From Microbacteriaceae bacterium (GTDB lineage: Bacteria > Actinomycetota > Actinomycetes > Actinomycetales > Microbacteriaceae), in contig JAHBSP010000001.1 in NCBI GenBank assembly GCA_019639055.1, positions 55,628 through 119,627 on the forward strand: 64,000 nt of DNA, given 5' to 3'. Under the pieces are notes generated by a model that was not told the DNA's origin, ran no database searches, and saw nothing but the letters and a program-made list of their open reading frames with translations. The position numbers and the translations under genes were made by a program. Below are positions 58,449 to 64,000 of this stretch, one piece after another (the first letter of the stretch is position 1; every line of letters starts with the position of its first letter).

Positions 58449-59495
58449 TTATTCACCACCGTCCGAGGCTCCATCGTGTAACCCGTTTACAATCTGCAAC
58501 CTAGCAATTACTGCTTCTCGCAGCATTGCAGGTTCAAGAACTATTACCTCTGGGCCAAAACTAGCTAGTTCATCAGCAAAAAGTTCTGAATCTACGAAAG
58601 AAATTTCAGCATCAAGATATTCAGCAGGAACATCAAATACTTGTTTGTTGATACTGTCATGGTTTCCACTAAATCGTAGGCCATGTTTTTTAAGCTCCCC
58701 AACTGCCCGCGAATGTGGTTGCACTTTAAGAATCGCAGTATTTTGATCCGCAAATCTAGCTAGATCTTCTAAAGCAAATTCAGCGGCAGACTTGCCTTTT
58801 ATAGCAATCGAAGGAACAAATTTTGTACCCTCTTTTTTTACTTCGCCAACGATTCTGCTCAGCAAAAAAGTTCTAGGTTTCTCACTCGAAAGATCAATTC
58901 CAAAGACATGCCACCGGTAATCAAATTCTAAGAGCGCTTCAGGGCGAAGTCTGCGCTTAGTTACAGAACTTGCGCCAGGTTTTAAATAAGTGAATGTAAT
59001 CTCCCTATTTTCTTCGATTGCAGATTCAATTTCAAAGAAATTTTTATCTACGATTGGAATCTGTGGACGGACATCGAAAAAGTGTTCCTCTGAGGATTGT
59101 CCCAAGGCTTTCAACTTGAAGAGAGCTGAACCTAGCATTTTAGATTGCCCGGCATTATTCCAAGCACTAGCCGCTAAGTTCAGTAACGCCATTTCTTTAG
59201 CATCAAAAGTTACTTCCGCAGGGAAAGTAACTTCCTCTTGGCTTATTAAGTACCGAGAATCTTGATTATTACCGTCATCCCCCAGCGGTTCAAAAACGGT
59301 GATATTTATGCCATTGTCGCGAAGTATTTCTTTGTCGCGTTCAAACATCCGTTCAATGGAAGTTTTATCAGCTTTACTATTGCTGTAGGCCTCAACTACC
59401 GAGAGAATATCGTTCTTAGTTAGACCAATTTTGGTTTGAGCCAAAGCATAGACAAGATTGAGCAGTCGCTCACCTACGCTACGTTCCTCTGGCAA
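58449..59495 (-). CDS. pafB: WYL-domain regulator PafB
   Basis: N-terminal HTH (RLLNLVYALAQTKIGLTKNDI), a WYL-type RWHVFGIDL and paralogy to the downstream gene. Confidence 0.8.
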   Translation of the reverse strand: MPEERSVGERLLNLVYALAQTKIGLTKNDILSVVEAYSNSKADKTSIERMFERDKEILRDNGINITVFEPLGDDGNNQDSRYLISQEEVTFPAEVTFDAKEMALLNLAASAWNNAGQSKMLGSALFKLKALGQSSEEHFFDVRPQIPIVDKNFFEIESAIEENREITFTYLKPGASSVTKRRLRPEALLEFDYRWHVFGIDLSSEKPRTFLLSRIVGEVKKEGTKFVPSIAIKGKSAAEFALEDLARFADQNTAILKVQPHSRAVGELKKHGLRFSGNHDSINKQVFDVPAEYLDAEISFVDSELFADELASFGPEVIVLEPAMLREAVIARLQIVNGLHDGASDGGE

Positions 59496-59502
59496 GATTT
59501 TC

Positions 59503-60486
59503 CTAGCGGACGCCCAAGATGTCGATAACGTAAATCATCGTCGAAGTTGCTGTCACATTCGCGGTACTTCCGAGTGCGGGAGGAACGATAACCATGATCC
59601 GAGAACCAGAAGTAGCACCTACTAGCGCTCGCTTCAACCCTTCGCTCATATTTGTACTACCAGCTTGTACCGTAAGAATTTCAGGCTGTCCGCTATTCCA
59701 AGTTGTGTAATTTACTTTTAGCGGCTTCTGCCACGCCCAGCTGGTGTATTTAACAACTAGCTGATCACCATCTTTAATTACACTCCCCTGCCCCTCGACC
59801 AATGTGGCGCTCATAAAATCAGCGGGAGGTGCTGCATCGAGTAAAGTCAGTCCCGGTTGACCGGTAGCGGCGAAAACTACTTGCGGGAATCCAGAAGGGA
59901 GCGTCTTCTCAATTCCGACTGATTGGGCTGGATAAATTCTTTCAATATCAGCAACAAGGATCAGAGTCTCTTCAGGTGAAAGTCCAAATAAACCTTCAGT
60001 ATCACTCTGAGTTAGAGATGAAACCGGGGCTATTGTTACTGTTCTTTGACCTTCTTTTGCACATAGCAGAGAGCTGTTCAGTAACGGTGTTGAAATGTCT
60101 GTAAGTGAGGTAAGAATCGTTGACTCACCTTCTTGAAAGCCACTCTGTTCTAAAAGCAGTCCGTTGGTTGCAGCATATAGTGCGTAACGAATCTCCATTG
60201 GACGATTCACTTCTACTATTTCATTTGAGGATGAATCCTTCAGCTGGTAGACACTTCTTTGGATACCGGCGCTTTTGAAAGGTCTTGGGTACTCAATATC
60301 CGAAAGCTGTCCAAAGTTACCTGTTGTTTCGACAAGGGTAGAAAGATCTCCTGGAGCAGCACATGATGAGGTGGAAACTTTTGAATCATCGCTTTGTAGT
60401 GAGCATCCAGATAAGAAGAGGGTGCCGATACCCAAAATAGCAACCGCAGGAAGAAACTTATTCTTGGAAAAACGTGAACTGACCAT
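59503..60486 (-). CDS. Lipoprotein with two degenerate FKBP-like peptidyl-prolyl isomerase domains
   Basis: Lipobox LFLSGC. The C-terminal domain has GDQLVVKYTSW..GLKRALVGATSGSRIMVIVPPALG..MIYVIDILGV, resembling FKBP by eye. Confidence 0.55.
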   Translation of the reverse strand: MVSSRFSKNKFLPAVAILGIGTLFLSGCSLQSDDSKVSTSSCAAPGDLSTLVETTGNFGQLSDIEYPRPFKSAGIQRSVYQLKDSSSNEIVEVNRPMEIRYALYAATNGLLLEQSGFQEGESTILTSLTDISTPLLNSSLLCAKEGQRTVTIAPVSSLTQSDTEGLFGLSPEETLILVADIERIYPAQSVGIEKTLPSGFPQVVFAATGQPGLTLLDAAPPADFMSATLVEGQGSVIKDGDQLVVKYTSWAWQKPLKVNYTTWNSGQPEILTVQAGSTNMSEGLKRALVGATSGSRIMVIVPPALGSTANVTATSTMIYVIDILGVR

Positions 60487-60508
60487 TAATTGATTCTACT
60501 TTTCTTTT

Positions 60509-61480
60509 TTACTCAGATTCTGTTGTTACAGCGTTCGAATTCTTCACTGATTCTTGCACACTCTTCTTTAAACGTTTATAACTAACCACGCGATCTCCTA
60601 AAGCACCAGGAGTCCACGCTTCTACATCCTCGGCATCAAACTCAGTCTTGTTTTTGTGTTTAGCTGGTGGAAGTTTGGTACCTGGTGCTAGCTTTCGGGC
60701 TTGTAACAAGAAACCCGTATGAGCAACCATTCGGTGATCTGGGCGAACAGCTAAGCCTTCAACATGCCATCCGCGTATCATAACTTCTGATGCCGCAGGT
60801 TCAGTAAAACTCTCAGTGTCTCTGATAGCCTCTGCAACCCTTGAAAGCTGTGTAGCAGTTGCCACATAGCAAACTAAAACACCACCGGGTCGAAGAACAC
60901 TTACAGTCGCGGATAAAAGTTCCCAGGGTTTTAATAAATCTAAAACGACTCTGTCAATTGAGTCAGCTTCAAGAACTTCAGTAATTCGTTCAGTGGCATT
61001 GCCGATAATGATTTCCCAATTGTCTAATTCTTTGCCGAAGAAAGTAATCGCATTATTTTTCGCAATTTCAGCAAATTCTTCGCGTAATTCGAAAGAATAT
61101 AGAGCACCGTTTTCGCCTATGGCTCTCAATAGTGAAAGACTTAATGCGCCAGAACCGACCCCTGCTTCTAACACCCTTGCACCAGGGTAAATATCTCCAA
61201 ATCCAATGATTGCCGCCGCATCCTTTGGATACACAATCGCTGCACCTCTAGGCATGGCCATTACAAAGTCTTGTAGCAGCGGTTTGAATGCCAAAAATTT
61301 CCCACCTTTAGCGGCTGTTACTACAGAGCCTTCAGGTGTTCCAACGATGTCCGCATGGTTGATTACACCCCATTGTGAATGAAAAACGCCTTCGGGTTCT
61401 AGGGTAACTGTGTACATTTTCTGTTTTGGTCCGGTTAGTTGCACACGGTCGCCATATTGAAAAACACTCAAAGAACTCAC
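60509..61480 (-). CDS. trmI: tRNA (adenine58-N1)-methyltransferase
   Basis: Contains GAAIVYPKDAAAI and the SAM motif VLEAGVGSGALS. Confidence 0.85.
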   Translation of the reverse strand: MSSLSVFQYGDRVQLTGPKQKMYTVTLEPEGVFHSQWGVINHADIVGTPEGSVVTAAKGGKFLAFKPLLQDFVMAMPRGAAIVYPKDAAAIIGFGDIYPGARVLEAGVGSGALSLSLLRAIGENGALYSFELREEFAEIAKNNAITFFGKELDNWEIIIGNATERITEVLEADSIDRVVLDLLKPWELLSATVSVLRPGGVLVCYVATATQLSRVAEAIRDTESFTEPAASEVMIRGWHVEGLAVRPDHRMVAHTGFLLQARKLAPGTKLPPAKHKNKTEFDAEDVEAWTPGALGDRVVSYKRLKKSVQESVKNSNAVTTESE

Positions 61481-61534
61481 TCAATCAAGATAGCAATTCT
61501 AGACTAGAGTTATCACCTATTGAAGGAGAAAATT

Positions 61535-62374
61535 TTGACAATGTGGAATAAGCAAAGCCCACTGCTTATCGCGGCGTTTGCTGGTTGGAATGATGCGGGT
61601 GACGCCGCAACCAGTGCTGCAAGAAGAATCGTCAATGAATTCTCTTTGGTATCTAGACATCAATTCGATGCGGAAGACTACATCGATTATCAGTACTATC
61701 GTCCTGTTCAAAATCGAGACGATATGGGCAACATTAGTATTCAATGGCCGAGTATTGAAATATATGGACCGGCATCATCATTGGATAAACAAATCTTTGT
61801 ACTTATCGGTCCTGAGCCATCGCGTTATTGGCATTCATTTATTGAAGACTTGCTCGACGTTTTAGTGGAGCTACATATTAATCGCATCTTATTTTTGGGT
61901 TCGATGCTCTCAGACGCGCCTCATACAAGGCCGTTTTTGGTTATCCCGACCACAAATAATATTGTTTTAGCCGATGAACTCGATATCGAAAAATCTAAGT
62001 ATGAAGGTCCAATTGGGATTGCTAGTGCCATTGATAAAGCTGCAACTGAAGAAGATGTACTGATGATGTCTATCTGGGCGCAGATACCTCACTATGTGCA
62101 CAATGCGCCGTCACCCAAAGGAATTCTGGCGCTCCTTCGAGCCTTAGAGTCGCATACAGATACTGTGTTTGAATTAAAGGAATTAGAAGACGACGCAAAA
62201 ATTTGGGAAGAAGGCGTGGATATCGCCACTAGAGGCGATGAGGAACTTTCCATATACATTGACGAATTAGAAAAACAACGGGATGCCGTAGATGCCCCTG
62301 AAGCAAGTGGCGACGCAATCGCTAAAGAATTCGAGGAATTCTTAAAGAATCCCGGTAACGAGAAGGGCGATTAA
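61535..62374 (+). CDS. PAC2-family (proteasome-assembly-chaperone-like) protein
   Basis: LLIAAFAGWNDAGDAAT signature. TTG 61535 lies 6 nt after AAGGAG. Alternative starts are TTG 61520 and ATG 61541. Confidence 0.78.
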   Translation: MTMWNKQSPLLIAAFAGWNDAGDAATSAARRIVNEFSLVSRHQFDAEDYIDYQYYRPVQNRDDMGNISIQWPSIEIYGPASSLDKQIFVLIGPEPSRYWHSFIEDLLDVLVELHINRILFLGSMLSDAPHTRPFLVIPTTNNIVLADELDIEKSKYEGPIGIASAIDKAATEEDVLMMSIWAQIPHYVHNAPSPKGILALLRALESHTDTVFELKELEDDAKIWEEGVDIATRGDEELSIYIDELEKQRDAVDAPEASGDAIAKEFEEFLKNPGNEKGD

Positions 62375-63178
62375 AACTAGTCCAAGAACTATTCGATAAA
62401 TTACGAATGGCAAAAAAGTTCTAGTTTTAATCCATTTCATCAGCATTGAGATGACTAAAAATCCAACAATAAACGCCACAAGAGTGGCAATACCTGTTTC
62501 TAATATTGAAAATGCTGGTTGTTGTGAAGTAGCCACGGAACCTAAAGCCTCTTTTAGTTCGTAGAGCCCACTTCCAAACACTGCCGGGATTGCGAGAAGG
62601 AATGACAGCTCTGCAGCTGCAACCCTGGTCAAACCGAAAGTAAGTCCGGCCGTAATTGTTGCGCCAGATCTTGATACTCCGGGTATTAGAGCTAGAGTTT
62701 GAGCCAAGCCCATTCCTATTCCTTTAGAGTAGGTAACGTTGCCAAGCTCCACCGTTTTTTTACCGAAATAATCTGCTAGCCAAAGTAATATTCCAAAAAC
62801 TATAAGCATTGCCGCTGTAATCCATAATGAACGAAACTGATCACGAATAAAGCTCTGCAAGAAATAACCTGCAATACCGATTGGGATTGTGCCGATAATT
62901 ACTAACCAACCAAGTTTGGCATCATGTTTCTCTTCTTCGCTTAGTTTATTTGCGCCCTTAAACTGCTTAAACCAAGCTTTAATAATTTTCCAGATCTTGC
63001 GCCAAAAGTAACAAATAACCGCCAGTTCTGTACCCAGTTGGGTGATAGCAGTAAATGTAGCACCAGGATCCTGGTGGGAAAACAGCTCACCAAAAATACG
63101 CAGATGAGCGCTTGAAGAGATTGGCAGAAATTCGGTTAACCCTTGAATCGCTCCAAGCAAGATCGCTAGTAACATCAA
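62342..63178 (-). CDS. uppP: Undecaprenyl-diphosphate phosphatase
   Basis: Contains QGLTEFLPISSSAHL and PGVSRSGATI. Confidence 0.95.
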   Translation of the reverse strand: MMLLAILLGAIQGLTEFLPISSSAHLRIFGELFSHQDPGATFTAITQLGTELAVICYFWRKIWKIIKAWFKQFKGANKLSEEEKHDAKLGWLVIIGTIPIGIAGYFLQSFIRDQFRSLWITAAMLIVFGILLWLADYFGKKTVELGNVTYSKGIGMGLAQTLALIPGVSRSGATITAGLTFGLTRVAAAELSFLLAIPAVFGSGLYELKEALGSVATSQQPAFSILETGIATLVAFIVGFLVISMLMKWIKTRTFLPFVIYRIVLGLVLIALLVTGIL

Positions 63179-64000
63179 AACTCCAGTATCAAGTCAGTGA
63201 GAACATCTGTTCCAAACTCTAAAGCCTGCAGCGGTATTCTTTCATCAATTCCGTGGAATAATTTTGAGAAATTTAGATTCTCTGGCATCTGTAACGGCGC
63301 AAAACCGTATCCCGCGATTCCAAGTTTCTTTAGTGCTTTATTATCGGTTCCGCCACTGATCATTAGGGGAATTATTTCAGCACCCGGATCATGACGAAGT
63401 AATAATTCTTTCGCTTTTTCGGCAATTGGAGAATAAAAATTTTCTTCGAGACCAATATCTCGATTTACAAAAGAAATCTCAACCTTTGGTCCAACAAGTT
63501 CCTGAATGATGTTAATAACTTCAGTTTCCTGTCCAGGAATCGTGCGAATATCGATAGTTGCGCTAGCCACTGCCGGAATAACATTGTGTTTGTAACCAGC
63601 CGAGATGCCAGTTGGATTGCTCGTGTTCTGGAAACTTGCCGACACAACTTTTGAATGCTGTCCAAGTGCAGTCAGTAGGTCCTGCACAGATGATTCCAGA
63701 TTTAAACCTAGAATTCTTTTCAATTCTGAGAACATCACTTCGGTTGTGGGGGTCAAATTTATTGGCCATTCATGGTTCGCGATTTTTGTTACTGCTTCAG
63801 AAAGAATCGAGACTGCGTTTTCTTTATGAACTAAAGATCCATGTGCTGGCTCTGCTGTTACTTTTAAATTCATCCAGATGAGCGCCTTTTCTGCTGTTTG
63901 CAATAAATACACTCGTTGGTCGTTAGCAGTAATTGAATATCCGCCTATTTCACTTATGGCAGCTTCTGCACCAGAAAAGAACTCGGGATGATTGTCAACC
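63175..64000 (-). CDS. M20-family metallopeptidase/deacylase, 5' end beyond window
   Basis: The frame is open to the window end (..AISEIGGYSITANDQRVYLLQTAEKA..GHGS). C-terminal ISGGTDNK and GFAP are typical of M20. Confidence 0.7.
   Translation of the reverse strand, partial: VDNHPEFFSGAEAAISEIGGYSITANDQRVYLLQTAEKALIWMNLKVTAEPAHGSLVHKENAVSILSEAVTKIANHEWPINLTPTTEVMFSELKRILGLNLESSVQDLLTALGQHSKVVSASFQNTSNPTGISAGYKHNVIPAVASATIDIRTIPGQETEVINIIQELVGPKVEISFVNRDIGLEENFYSPIAEKAKELLLRHDPGAEIIPLMISGGTDNKALKKLGIAGYGFAPLQMPENLNFSKLFHGIDERIPLQALEFGTDVLTDLILEF

Overview
This window is a densely packed, conserved chromosomal core segment from a moderately low-GC, apparently streamlined actinobacterium. That assignment is inferred from protein families and gene order; no search was run.

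Recognisable actinobacterial backbones:
- era-leuA-recO-uppS-glyQS-dus-dgt-dnaG
- an envelope cluster: DMT, GT4, tRNA-Met, FemAB-like, MFS, DUF1684, GT4
- DUF3145 next to fabF-acpP-fabH-fabD, a PucR (FasR/MabR-like) regulator and aceE
- tRNA-Val, a TipA-like MerR, ddl-alr and a VOC protein
- a Liv-type ABC operon with an embedded acyl-CoA synthetase
- qcrBAC-ctaE next to trpD
- glpFK, NUDIX, SDR, NfeD-SPFH, GDPD and rbpA
- an ABC-2 exporter, then lnt-helY-tatCA-pafCB, an FKBP lipoprotein and trmI
- PAC2, uppP and an M20 peptidase

There are three tRNAs (Asn-GTT, Met/Ile2-CAT, Val-TAC). I saw no rRNA, IS element, integrase, prophage, CRISPR array or recognisable defence or toxin system. I could not identify a clear novel multi-gene system.

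The signals most worth a second look:
1. The Zn ligands are lost from the DnaG zinc ribbon and from the RecO Cys4 finger, and RbpA is Cys-free. Together these suggest a possible zinc-sparing theme.
2. Two essential genes are interrupted: uppS by one in-frame TAG, and ctaE by a 2-bp TA-repeat expansion. pafC also lacks an in-frame canonical start. These are either sequence errors or real split or decaying genes.
3. The whole arc-dop-pup-prcBA-pafA module is cleanly absent from an otherwise conserved trmI...pafBC-tatAC-helY backbone.
4. An orphan soluble HisKA_3-like protein carries Ser where the phospho-accepting His is expected.
5. A tRNA(CAT), a Fem-like aminoacyl-tRNA transferase and an MFS transporter form a tightly coupled unit.
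6. A TipA-like regulator has a textbook MerR-type promoter (19-bp spacer, perfect 9-3-9 dyad) and a leaderless start.

Coordinates of non-ORF features were counted by eye against ORF-track anchors and may be off by 1-2 nt.
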